From positions 1-55,340 of the IMG/VR virus record IMGVR_UViG_3300017771_002251: DNA of 55,340 bases. The stretch is one strand, 5' to 3'. This stretch comes from a virus. Its lineage: Duplodnaviria; Caudoviricetes. The position numbers and the translations under genes are program-made. Below, piece after piece: positions 17,801 through 26,300 of this stretch. The first letter of the stretch is position 1. The number at the start of each line of letters is the position of its first letter. The notes beneath the pieces were generated by a model, which was given only the letters and a program-made list of their open reading frames with translations, made no database searches and was not told the DNA's origin.

Positions 17801-20800
17801 CTGCGCCACCAGTGTTGAATAGAACACCACTTCCCTCGTGTTTGTTGGGAAGTTTGACGAATACATCGCCAGAAAGCTTGAGTGTTGGTTTGTCCAGAAC
17901 TGCGATGTGACGCAGATTGATGACAACCTTGACTCCACCAGAAAGACCAGAGAACTTGAATAGATGACCGAAGGGGTATCTGGAAGCATCGAGATCTGGA
18001 TCTCTGATGAACTGATAATCTTCGGTAGCATCTGGAGTATTGATGTTGGGGAGACCACCAATATTTTCCTGTTCTAGGAATCCATAATCGAAGAAGTCGC
18101 CACCACCAGTCTCGACAAGATCGACAAGTCTATCATTTCTGTAGTCTTGAATGACCTTGGTTGCATGGTTAGCAATGACCCAAGAATCAATGACTGGCGA
18201 AGCAACAGAACCATAGCTGATTCTGTTGAGTAGATCAATAGAACTGGAGTTGTAATGATATGTTCTACGCTCATCGAGATTGTTGAAGCTGAAGAGATCT
18301 CCACGCGCAGGAGGATTGAATGCAGTTCTCTCGACAAGTGTACCAGAAAGGGTTGCTGTACCAGATCCATTCCAGTTGGGAACGTATGCAACTTTCGCTT
18401 CGCCTGTAATTGTAAATACAGGATCTTGACGTGGATAGTCGAATGCAACTGCTTCTTCTCCACCGTTGATGGCAAATAGTTCTCCTTTGCCTTCGTATGC
18501 AAAGCTTCTTGCATCTGTCGTGCTGACAGGTAGAGGAAGAATACCAGAACCCTTGTATGCTTTGGTGAAGGTGTCTGTTGCAACACCCGTAAACTCGATG
18601 GGTACAAAGGCAATCCATCTTGGCAACACTCTGACAATAGTGTTGATATCGATGGTGATGGATCCAGAACCAACATGGACAGGTCTGAAGTTGACATCAG
18701 CAGCACCACTAACCTGTGGACCACCCATTGCATATCGGGTGACTGTCTCGGTGATGCCTTCATAGTCATCCGTGATGGATGGGAAGAAGTCATTGACAGA
18801 TCCATAATCGAAGTAAGAACCAGAGGTAGAACCACCAGTTACAAGATCAATAATTCTCTGGTCCTTACGACTCTCAATCGTATCATTAGCGATAGACTGG
18901 ATCGTGATGGAGTCGATTGGGTTGGCAGCAACCGAACCATAATCCAGAGGAGTGAATATAGTGTCGGAAGTATGACTGTAGTGATACGTTCTTTTCTCGA
19001 CAAGGTTGCCCATGTCGAAGAGGACACCAGATCCAACCTCGCTGAATGTAGTTCTTTCGACGTGCTCGACATCGATAGTGGCAACACCAGAACCATTGAA
19101 GTTTGGTACGAATGCAACTTTTGTGTCGCCAGTAACATCGAAGAGGACATATCCACGATATGGTGCTTTCTCGTATGCGATAGAAGCTTCGCCAGATGTG
19201 GAGAAGGTTCCTTGACCTTCGTAACCAAAGGTTCTTCTTTCTTCTGCTTTCTCGAAGTTGAATAGATTGCCATCTCCAATGAAGCGTTTGACGACCGCAT
19301 CTTGAGCCTCGCCTTTGACCTCGATGTTGACATTGGCAATCCATCTGGGTTTCGTTCTGCCACGACCCTCGACAAAAGCAAACAGGTCACCCTTACCAAC
19401 GTAAGAGAACTCTCTCCTGACTGATGCAGTACCCTGAACCAGCAGATCTCCCATTGCATAACGAGAGATGGATTCCATGATGGAACCATAGTCTTCGCGA
19501 ACAGTCTCTGGAGCGTCCTGACCATTGATAAGAATTTGACCATAATCCAGATAAGATCCAGAAGTAGTGCCACCTACTACCAGGTCAATAATTCTGTCGT
19601 CCTTACGACTTTCAATGGTCTCATTAGCAATAGATTGAATCGTAATAGATTCAATTGGAGTATCGGCAACAGATCCGTAGTTGCGATACTGGAAGATATC
19701 ATTAGATGTGCTGCTGTAATGATATGTGATTTTCTCGACAGCAGTCTCGAAGTTGAATAGAGTTCCAGATCCTTTGTAATGATCTGTCTGTCTCTCGACC
19801 GCCGTGCCTTCTGTCTTGACTGTACCTTGTGAAATCCAATTGGGGGAGAAAGCAACTCTTGCTTCGCCCTGTAGTGGCAGGATAGCAGTGCTTTCTGGTG
19901 GGTTGGCACCAACCGCTTCAGAGGCACCAGAGAAGGCGTAGAGGGCACCAGAACCGTTGTATGCATATGTTCTCTTATCTTCGGCGTTATTAACGCTGAA
20001 GAGCGAACCAGAACCTTTGTGCAGCAGACTGAAGTTTGTCTTCGATGCACCAAAGATTCCAATGTTGACAAAGGCAATCCATCTTGGTTTCGTTCTGCCG
20101 CGACCATTGACGAATGCGAACAGTCCACCAGAACCAATAAAGTTGGGAGTAAATACTTGCTTGGCAGTACCACTGATTGGGAACAGACCGAATGGATAGT
20201 CTGTCTGATTAGTAAGAATCTCACCCCAGTCAAGTCCGACTGTAGATGGAGTCTGCTCACCATCAGTGAGAATAGTACCGAAGTCTAGGAATGCACCAGA
20301 AGTAGATCCAGATACAACTAGATCAATAATTCTTTCGTTTGCACGACTCTGGATTGTCTCGTTAGCAATCGACTGAATCGTAATAGAATTGATCGGTGAT
20401 TCAGCAACCGATCCAAAGTTCTCATAGGTAAAGTAATCGATGCTGGAATTGTTGTAATCCCAGACAACTTTTTCTTCTGTAGAAGAGATGCCGAATAGAG
20501 TTCCTTCACCGACATAATCGTATGTCTGTTTGAAGGTAGTGGTGCTGAAGTTGAACAGGACACCAGAACCAACCCAGTTGGGTCTGAAGCTGATATCAGC
20601 ATCACCATGGACGTTGAATAGTGTCTTGCGATCTTCTGGGGATGTCTTAACAACAGCCTCACCAGCAAAGCTACCGCTGAATAAGGTGCCGAATACATTC
20701 CAGTTAGGAGCATACGCAATTTTAGTGTCACTACGAAGGGGTAGTAGTCCCTCCGTAGCAATCGCAGGTACATAATGAGTGTTGGCATTGCCAGCAACCC

Positions 20801-21251
20801 ACAGTGTTCCAGAAACGATGTATGGAGCATCCAGTCTGTATCTGGATCCGCCGAACTCGAATACTGTACCAGAACCAACCCAAGTCTTGATAACAGACCA
20901 GGTGGTAAGTGAATGGAAATGGGTGCGACCCATTGCCTGAATATTTGACGTGACTGTAATTTCGCCCCAGTCATCCGTGGCGTATGCTTCTACTTCTGTA
21001 ATAGATCCATAGTCGAGTTGGTTCAGGGGACCGCCTGACTCCACCAAATCAACTATTTGATCATCTTTGTAATCTTGTATTACTTTGGTTGCGTGGTCTG
21101 CAATTACCCAGTATGCACGACCTAAAGCACCAAAATCTAGATATAAAAACTGCTCCTCGATAGCTGATGTATAGCTGTACGAAATTAACCCCAGTGCCTT
21201 CACAGCAACAAACTGGGGCATTCTTCCAGTACCAGCGTAGGAGAATACCAT
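14859..21251 (-). CDS. Giant repetitive virion structural protein (2130 aa)
   Basis: Long ORF rich in G/S/T/F with about 245-aa and about 36-aa internal repeats, in a structural gene context. Confidence 0.75.
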   Translation of the reverse strand: MVFSYAGTGRMPQFVAVKALGLISYSYTSAIEEQFLYLDFGALGRAYWVIADHATKVIQDYKDDQIVDLVESGGPLNQLDYGSITEVEAYATDDWGEITVTSNIQAMGRTHFHSLTTWSVIKTWVGSGTVFEFGGSRYRLDAPYIVSGTLWVAGNANTHYVPAIATEGLLPLRSDTKIAYAPNWNVFGTLFSGSFAGEAVVKTSPEDRKTLFNVHGDADISFRPNWVGSGVLFNFSTTTFKQTYDYVGEGTLFGISSTEEKVVWDYNNSSIDYFTYENFGSVAESPINSITIQSIANETIQSRANERIIDLVVSGSTSGAFLDFGTILTDGEQTPSTVGLDWGEILTNQTDYPFGLFPISGTAKQVFTPNFIGSGGLFAFVNGRGRTKPRWIAFVNIGIFGASKTNFSLLHKGSGSLFSVNNAEDKRTYAYNGSGALYAFSGASEAVGANPPESTAILPLQGEARVAFSPNWISQGTVKTEGTAVERQTDHYKGSGTLFNFETAVEKITYHYSSTSNDIFQYRNYGSVADTPIESITIQSIANETIESRKDDRIIDLVVGGTTSGSYLDYGQILINGQDAPETVREDYGSIMESISRYAMGDLLVQGTASVRREFSYVGKGDLFAFVEGRGRTKPRWIANVNIEVKGEAQDAVVKRFIGDGNLFNFEKAEERRTFGYEGQGTFSTSGEASIAYEKAPYRGYVLFDVTGDTKVAFVPNFNGSGVATIDVEHVERTTFSEVGSGVLFDMGNLVEKRTYHYSHTSDTIFTPLDYGSVAANPIDSITIQSIANDTIESRKDQRIIDLVTGGSTSGSYFDYGSVNDFFPSITDDYEGITETVTRYAMGGPQVSGAADVNFRPVHVGSGSITIDINTIVRVLPRWIAFVPIEFTGVATDTFTKAYKGSGILPLPVSTTDARSFAYEGKGELFAINGGEEAVAFDYPRQDPVFTITGEAKVAYVPNWNGSGTATLSGTLVERTAFNPPARGDLFSFNNLDERRTYHYNSSSIDLLNRISYGSVASPVIDSWVIANHATKVIQDYRNDRLVDLVETGGGDFFDYGFLEQENIGGLPNINTPDATEDYQFIRDPDLDASRYPFGHLFKFSGLSGGVKVVINLRHIAVLDKPTLKLSGDVFVKLPNKHEGSGVLFNTGGAAESATFSPDDLTGLFDFVGFAATRRIPNFNGGGTIRLDGRASSAVAFAGFQENTIVLRGISGVKYTPSYAGTGVISTLSGAAEAVTASPDDLIGLFDFVGTATEKATAAYTGSGSLFALSGAVEAVAVAEEKRNLIKVSGNAGERFIPNFNGSGSISVLSGAAESRTGSPDPFFTLFDFTGRGTVKATVVESGLARLTLSGTTEPEILTFAEQPFGTATILGQGGERFVPHYRGSGRIAALSGAAESFTANPLERQLLFSMGGIATEAFTAAPAVEGTEIKLSGSTSPEIRTFAEQPFGVIPVSGVGDYIHVDVYGGFGTLFSGGFTSESVTFKIPPVREGDILFRGSAVEAVGFNPPEETAHLLLSGEVVIPLRTFAEQPTVRVAVSGVAIEKNTEVYVGTGAIFSNGFTSESVTRKLPEFTAHLNVTGLAEEKATFREIFFGSLFKFRGSAGRALLTFAEQPQTLSKISGVAATTRARDFVGEGNIATLSGAAEAVTFNPLERDLLFDVAGIAAERRTNAFVGTGQIRIYPEAADIRFTPNWNVEGVIPVSGTAVERVARDEVVQVNIGTFSGAAESVTFNPLEKDMLFSIGGRAAYRTSVSEVKLADARIFAAEDNNGTTTKIHIGSGTATLSGAGRIVITLSYVGDIRIGTFSGAAESITVNPLEKDLLFSTAGIATLRSTRAYYGSGSLFALNGAAESRTVAPPAEGLYDITGEAKIVITVSHIGDGNLFSFVTSDEKVAYDYVGEQVLFNLSGEAVERITNAESGFGSIFSFSGAAERVAFVPSLLADVNIAGRAATPRSRVFTGSGDLYAFDSAAESRTITVENVAIFDFLGQVKPAITKVYTGDTEIKTSGEASVAFVRAPYAGQTEVQLSGTAAESRTANPPEEGTEIATTGEAKVLRSFGYEGSGQITVDVDSIIGISLRIFGTGSIKVDVRSVYFPLLQHRPDVHIYIAGSAATVKIDVAPPRTYGWII
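18070..21180 (-). repeat. Five about 740-nt-spaced coding repeats (A-B-B-B-A)
   Basis: B: YGSVA..PI.SITIQSIAN.TI.SR...RIIDLV..G.TSG..DYG near 20370, 19630, 18890. A: WVIA.HATKVIQDY..D..VDLVE.GG near 21090 and 18160. Confidence 0.8.
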
Positions 21252-21267
21252 ATACTACAGCCAAGTT

Positions 21268-21304
21268 AAAAAAATAGGGGGATCGCCAGATAAGCAATCC
21301 CCCC
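21268..21304 (-). terminator. Rho-independent terminator
   Basis: Minus strand GGGGGGATTGC-TTATCTG-GCGATCCCCC-TATTTTTTT downstream of the 475-aa gene. Confidence 0.8.
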
Positions 21305-21330
21305 ATGATGTAAAACTCAATTTCAGAATA

Positions 21331-22758
21331 TCAGTCGAGGCTGACGTTCAAGGTGACTTTGATTTGGTCACCAGCGTTTTGAATCGCGTATGGACCATTG
21401 GTGAATCTTTCAGCGAAGAAGATTGCGCTGTAAAGAGTTAGATCACCAGTGCCATCTAGTGCCTTGGTTGTAGTGAAGGTGTTAGCATCGAGTACATCGA
21501 ATACGGTGTAGGTGCCAGGAGTTGTGGTGGTGTTACCAGTGCCCTGGTCGATGTAGATTGCATCGCCCTTAACAAGACCGTGACCAGTTGCGGTTACCTT
21601 ACTGAAGTCAAACTCAACCTCGTCATTGTTGTTAGAAGGCTGAATGTTGTCGATCAGTACGTTGTTCAGGTAGACAGTAACTTGTCCCTGCAGTACCGAA
21701 CCAGCGTCGTCATAGGTCTCGTGATCGATACCAGTGATGATAGTTGCAGCGTCGATGCCGTTAGGAGCACCACCGACAACACCAGCAGTACCAGTCTGGG
21801 AGACTGCCATGCCGACTGTTAGATCTTCACCGACTTCTGCTTGGAATACACCGTTACCAGTAGCAGCACCAGTGAGTGCCTTGTCTAGATAAACAGTGGT
21901 TCCTGCGATACCAGCGATTCTTGCACCAGCAGCAACGCCAGTACCAGTTAGTCTCTGACCAACTGCAAGACCCGAAGTAGCGCCAACGGTTACGGAGAAC
22001 TCACCAGAAGTACCAGAGATGGTGGTGGTGTTAGCAACAGCAGCAAGAACGATGTAGTCATTGCCGATAGTACCACGAACACCAGTCTTACTGATAGTTG
22101 TTCCAGCGGATGCAGCACCTGCATCTAGTACACCATGAATGGTGGTAGGCATGTTGTTGGCACGAACAAGCATGTAACCATAAACGTCACCAGCAGCACC
22201 AGTGAAGGTGAAGGTTTGCTCTGGATAAGAAGCGGTCGTTCTGCCAGCACCAAAATCTAGGTTTTGGTTGGAGAATGTACCAGTGTTCTTGACGCTTAAG
22301 AGGAGAGTTAGACCGTCGATGTCAACGACATATGCACCAGTACCAACGTCGCCGCCAGTTACATAGTCGCCCTTTTTAATACCAGTGTTAGCAGCAACAG
22401 TGATGGTATACTCGTCTTGAGTACCGCTACCTTGGACTGCAGCAACTGCAGCAGTTTGTAGGGTTTCGATTGTCCAGCGGTTGCCGTTTAGCAGAATTCC
22501 ATACTGGTTAGCATAGTTCTGATTAGTTCTGTTATTTTCAACTTGGTGGTATCCAGTTACAGGTGCAGAACCATAACCCAACGTATTGTTGTTGGTGTAG
22601 GGCTCATAGTATCTGGTTTGGGAAGGCGTATCACTTTCAGCAGGATACGTATTTGTCGTGAACAACTTTAGAATTAAATTTCTAGGAATCTCCTGATTGT
22701 AATTCAGCAGATTACGTAGAGAATCAATTTCACCGTTGTCGGTTACTAGCAGTGCCAT
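21331..22758 (-). CDS. Virion structural protein (475 aa)
   Basis: LILKLFTTNTYP...TASYPEQTFTF..AGDVYGY...FAERFTNGPYAIQNAGDQIKVTLNV core with Gly/Thr-rich inserted repeats. Double late promoter and own terminator. Confidence 0.7.
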   Translation of the reverse strand: MALLVTDNGEIDSLRNLLNYNQEIPRNLILKLFTTNTYPAESDTPSQTRYYEPYTNNNTLGYGSAPVTGYHQVENNRTNQNYANQYGILLNGNRWTIETLQTAAVAAVQGSGTQDEYTITVAANTGIKKGDYVTGGDVGTGAYVVDIDGLTLLLSVKNTGTFSNQNLDFGAGRTTASYPEQTFTFTGAAGDVYGYMLVRANNMPTTIHGVLDAGAASAGTTISKTGVRGTIGNDYIVLAAVANTTTISGTSGEFSVTVGATSGLAVGQRLTGTGVAAGARIAGIAGTTVYLDKALTGAATGNGVFQAEVGEDLTVGMAVSQTGTAGVVGGAPNGIDAATIITGIDHETYDDAGSVLQGQVTVYLNNVLIDNIQPSNNNDEVEFDFSKVTATGHGLVKGDAIYIDQGTGNTTTTPGTYTVFDVLDANTFTTTKALDGTGDLTLYSAIFFAERFTNGPYAIQNAGDQIKVTLNVSLD

Positions 22759-22792
22759 GTAAACTCTCCGTGTTTATCTCTCGGTGTAAATT

Positions 22793-22815
22793 TATTTATA
22801 TCGTTACTATTTATA
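22793..22815 (-). promoter_or_regulatory. Tandem late promoters TATAAATA x2
   Basis: Exact consensus at 22793-22800 and 22808-22815. Confidence 0.75.
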
Positions 22816-23530
22816 GTTTCAGTTTTAATGAGACCATGCATCGCGAAATGTCGATCGAGTAATTCACCTTAAACTGAAAAATGTCTCCTGCGTTCACCGT
22901 AGTGTTCCAGGTAGACAGACTGTCGTCTTTGTTTTTTCTAGCAGTAAATCTATTTATGGATCCCAAGGTAGGACGTTCAGTGCCACAAATAGACTGGAAG
23001 TTAGGGAAATCAGCAAAACTGCACTTCTCAATATCAACTTCAATATTGCCCTCGCTATCGGCAAGGATAGTCCAAGACTCGATAACTCCAGTGACATCAA
23101 CAGTCATAGTTCCTTTCGGACCATTCCCCATAGGGAAAGAACCACTGTCTATGACATAGTTAAGGGTTCTGGTTAGATCTGCTGTAGTAGCATATGCTAT
23201 TCCAAAGAATTCTACACCAGCGGTTGGTGGTGTACTAAAAACAATCTGGTCATTAGATACAATATAATCAACTCCTGGCGATAAAACAACATCGCCAACA
23301 GAAATCATTATTTGTTCTTCGTTGAGTGGAGTGTATGACTCTCCATTAACAATCAGATTGAATGTGTCTTGTGTTCCATCAAATTGTGATGCCAGTGATT
23401 CAATCAGAAGATTTGAATTCTGTACTGACTTCGATGGGATCTGGTAGTTTACGTCAAGTTTATGTTGTGCTGGCAATTGCTTACCAACACGATATGCATT
23501 ATTACCAACCCTGACGTTATACTGTGCCAT
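22811..23530 (-). CDS. Virion structural protein (baseplate/fibre-associated)
   Basis: FDGTQDTFNL..G..YTP.NE.QIMISVG.V..PG.DY.V...I.F.TPP module, also present in gp7 (YTPYNEQELLMTIDGVAQRPGYSF..LNFYEPP). Confidence 0.65.
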   Translation of the reverse strand: MAQYNVRVGNNAYRVGKQLPAQHKLDVNYQIPSKSVQNSNLLIESLASQFDGTQDTFNLIVNGESYTPLNEEQIMISVGDVVLSPGVDYIVSNDQIVFSTPPTAGVEFFGIAYATTADLTRTLNYVIDSGSFPMGNGPKGTMTVDVTGVIESWTILADSEGNIEVDIEKCSFADFPNFQSICGTERPTLGSINRFTARKNKDDSLSTWNTTVNAGDIFQFKVNYSIDISRCMVSLKLKL

Positions 23531-23862
23531 CAGGAAACTCCAGGACTTACTTCTGCGTTCCCCATAATGACTCTAGTCTTGTAACCGTTAGGATCTGTAA
23601 GAACAATATCGTAGACATATCTCCTACGATCTAACGCCAGGGTTTCGGTGTCTGTTAGTACCAGAGCAATTTCCCCTGTGGTTCTGTTTACAAAATCTAG
23701 AGTGAATGGGACTGAAGTGGTTGCAGAATAACTCTTCTTCATCGATGCAGCACCAGTGTACCCCGACATGTTTAGTGGAGTGCCATCTTTATTTGTGATG
23801 AAAAAGGTGACGGCAAAGTCTGCTCCTTTATCAATCAGTATGTTGACTGGTATCGCTGCCAT
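23530..23862 (-). CDS. Small structural protein (BppU-N-like Ig fold)
   Basis: NILIDKGADF..F......PLNMSGYT...MKK...GEI.L.LTDTET..L..RYVYDI..TRVIMG...VSPGV. Confidence 0.65.
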   Translation of the reverse strand: MAAIPVNILIDKGADFAVTFFITNKDGTPLNMSGYTGAASMKKSYSATTSVPFTLDFVNRTTGEIALVLTDTETLALDRRRYVYDIVLTDPNGYKTRVIMGNAEVSPGVS

Positions 23863-24019
23863 CGGTATCCTTTTCTAGTAGGTTAAGTGCTTCCAAACCG
23901 CCTTCTAGTTTAGTGCGATATTCACGCAACTTGACGAGTTCTTCTTCACCTCTTCTGATCTTCAGATCATAGTCTGCAAACTGCTTTTCAAATTCAGCTC
24001 GCAACTTTGCGTTGTCCAT
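23831..24019 (-). CDS. Small coiled-coil hypothetical protein
   Basis: 62 aa, heptad-like charged helix, preceded by a CTAAATA element. Confidence 0.6.
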   Translation of the reverse strand: MDNAKLRAEFEKQFADYDLKIRRGEEELVKLREYRTKLEGGLEALNLLEKDTDGSDTSQHTD

Positions 24020-24040
24020 ATGGAATATAACAAGTATCTA

Positions 24041-24047
24041 TATTTAG
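24041..24047 (-). promoter_or_regulatory. Late promoter variant CTAAATA
   Basis: Overlaps the stop of the S8 gene, upstream of the ATG at 24019. Confidence 0.5.
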
Positions 24048-26299
24048 ACGTTCAATTCTGGGTAGGTTGTGGTGCTTCTTCCGATTGAATTTGGTGTTCT
24101 AGGATATGTTGCTCCCTCAACTGGTCTTCTACCTTTAAGTTTTAATTTATGACCAGAGAAATCTGGTTCATCAAAGAATGCTCGGAGTCCAGGTGTTCCT
24201 GCTGCCTCTGTATATGTGTAACCACCGTTTCCACCGCCACCACCAATGTAGCAGTTACCAAAAGAGATTGCGTTGGATAAAGATGCACCACCAGCACTAG
24301 GAACATTAGTCCAAGAGAAACTAGTTCCACCTGAAGGAATACTACGAACTACATTCTTTGCTGACCTAACCAATAATTGCTTGGTTACACTTGGGTTTGG
24401 CCAAGATCCGTTGTAATGCTTATATTTCTCCATCAGGCAGGCAATTTTTCCTACAACAGTTGGTGTTGCACAACTTGTCCCAGAGAACATACCCCACTTA
24501 TAAGATCCATACGTTGAACTTTGATATGAACTATAAGTATTTGCTCCAAGTCCTGTAACAGTAATACCAGGTCCACGGTTTGAATATCCATCCCAACCAG
24601 GCATTGCTTCCGAGTTGTATCCTGCTGCTACATCAATATTGTTATTAGTTCCATGGGGACCATATGGTATGTGAGGATACCAAGTAGTTGTGCTAGATGT
24701 AGAAGCACTATTGTCATTCCCATAACTGATGAATGTAATATCATATGGCGTTGCTGCATCTACAGTGATATACACATCTTGAGCATCATCTCTCTTCGCG
24801 TATGTTCCTCCATTATTACCAGCAGCATTGACACATATGATACCACTATTCCAAGCGGTTTCTAATGCAGTGTGCAGAGAACTATATGAACTCTGGTTAG
24901 GCATCACGACACACCATCTGGTGCCGTTAGTTGCATCGTAGACTTTGAATGGAATAATATTTGCCTTCACAAATTCCGACAAATCAGATCCCCAAGAACC
25001 ACCACCAGGTCTATTGACAGTTCCATTTGGAGTGACAATCTTATCAACATAATCTACTGGAATTGCACGTTTCCTGTCTTGCAGATACTGATATTCTGCA
25101 ATCATGATAGTGGGGTTTTTCTCTCCAGTTTCTGGATTAGATGGTTTGGCGTTGTGCCAATCAATCAATGCCTGAATACACTCTGTTGGACTGTCGCCAG
25201 TAACTAGGTACATTGCATAGAGATTTGCTTTCTTTGCAAATCCACAAATAGTACCACCAGAAACACTCAATACACCAATGCCATGATTGGTTAGTCCACT
25301 GTTGCCACCATCTTGGGATGTTACCTGATTGTTAGCAGCTGCTTCTAGATCTGGCCAATCCATTGGAGTAAATCTAGATGCTGTTCTTAAATTCCAGACA
25401 ACATCTCCAGAATCACTACCATTATTATCTACACTGCCATCATTTACTGCACTTCCACCATCACCAACTCTAATCTCAAATGGGTGAGTAGAAGCAGTTA
25501 TGGTGAATGTAACAGTATCTCCTTCTTGAAATACTAGTGGAGGATTGCTTCCACTAACAGATCCATTTCTATCCGTTCCAGTTAAAGTGTAGATACCAGA
25601 ACCACCAAAACTTACAGCAATGCTATATTCTTCTCTAGTGCCATCAGCAGGATTAATGCTGATGGTGTTTTTCATGTTGGGGTGTGCTGTACACTGATAC
25701 CAATAAGGATCTACCCTTGAATGAGAATCATCTTCACTTGATAACTTTTGAAAGTCTGGGTGCTGATCATGCAAACCCTGATGAGTAGACCAATCTCCAC
25801 TACTACCAGATTCTAGAGTGACGATATCAACATTCTTTCCAGTCCATCTGGAAGTATAAGTGCCATCAACAAAATATGCGTCATCGCCATTGGTAGTACC
25901 AACTTCTCTACCAATTTTTTGAACTGCGCCGCCAGGATCTGTCGCAACAATATGTTGTGTGTCCAAGTAAAACTGGAGACCAGAATTATCTTCTCCTAGT
26001 CCAGATGCTGCTCTATAAGATGAACTCGTGGAAGAAGTAAATCTTTTTGACATACTCTCTTTATCTGGGAGAGTACATGGAAATGACTGTGGAACTTCAT
26101 CTGCAGAAACAACTCTGGGGTCTGCTACTAGAGTTTCAATAAAATCTCCTTCGACAAGCATGACGAGCAAAGAGGGCATGGATGGAAGCATATTCCACCA
26201 CTCTGCTTTATTCTCATCAAAACTATCTACAAACGCTTGCTTGTCAGTTCCTTCGACAAGAATGACATCTACTAATACCGCTGAACCGCCCAGTTCCAT
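24044..26299 (-). CDS. Subtilisin-like (S8) serine protease, probably virion-associated, with cupredoxin-like insertion
   Basis: TGKNVDIVTLESG (acid site), NHGIGVLSVSGG (His), VNAAGNN (oxyanion Asn), YSNRGPGI, FSGTSCATPTVVG (Ser); N-terminal prodomain-like segment. Confidence 0.82.
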   Translation of the reverse strand: MELGGSAVLVDVILVEGTDKQAFVDSFDENKAEWWNMLPSMPSLLVMLVEGDFIETLVADPRVVSADEVPQSFPCTLPDKESMSKRFTSSTSSSYRAASGLGEDNSGLQFYLDTQHIVATDPGGAVQKIGREVGTTNGDDAYFVDGTYTSRWTGKNVDIVTLESGSSGDWSTHQGLHDQHPDFQKLSSEDDSHSRVDPYWYQCTAHPNMKNTISINPADGTREEYSIAVSFGGSGIYTLTGTDRNGSVSGSNPPLVFQEGDTVTFTITASTHPFEIRVGDGGSAVNDGSVDNNGSDSGDVVWNLRTASRFTPMDWPDLEAAANNQVTSQDGGNSGLTNHGIGVLSVSGGTICGFAKKANLYAMYLVTGDSPTECIQALIDWHNAKPSNPETGEKNPTIMIAEYQYLQDRKRAIPVDYVDKIVTPNGTVNRPGGGSWGSDLSEFVKANIIPFKVYDATNGTRWCVVMPNQSSYSSLHTALETAWNSGIICVNAAGNNGGTYAKRDDAQDVYITVDAATPYDITFISYGNDNSASTSSTTTWYPHIPYGPHGTNNNIDVAAGYNSEAMPGWDGYSNRGPGITVTGLGANTYSSYQSSTYGSYKWGMFSGTSCATPTVVGKIACLMEKYKHYNGSWPNPSVTKQLLVRSAKNVVRSIPSGGTSFSWTNVPSAGGASLSNAISFGNCYIGGGGGNGGYTYTEAAGTPGLRAFFDEPDFSGHKLKLKGRRPVEGATYPRTPNSIGRSTTTYPELNV

Positions 26300-26300
26300 T

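Noticed and set aside
15171-20775. Numerous plus-strand ORFs antisense to the giant gene (and similar ones opposite other large genes)
   Set aside because: Antisense shadows of biased codon usage; no SD, promoters or recognisable motifs
18070-21180. Repeats as a CRISPR array or mobile element
   Set aside because: Repeats are degenerate, in-frame and conserved at protein level; no constant repeat-spacer structure, transposase or inverted ends
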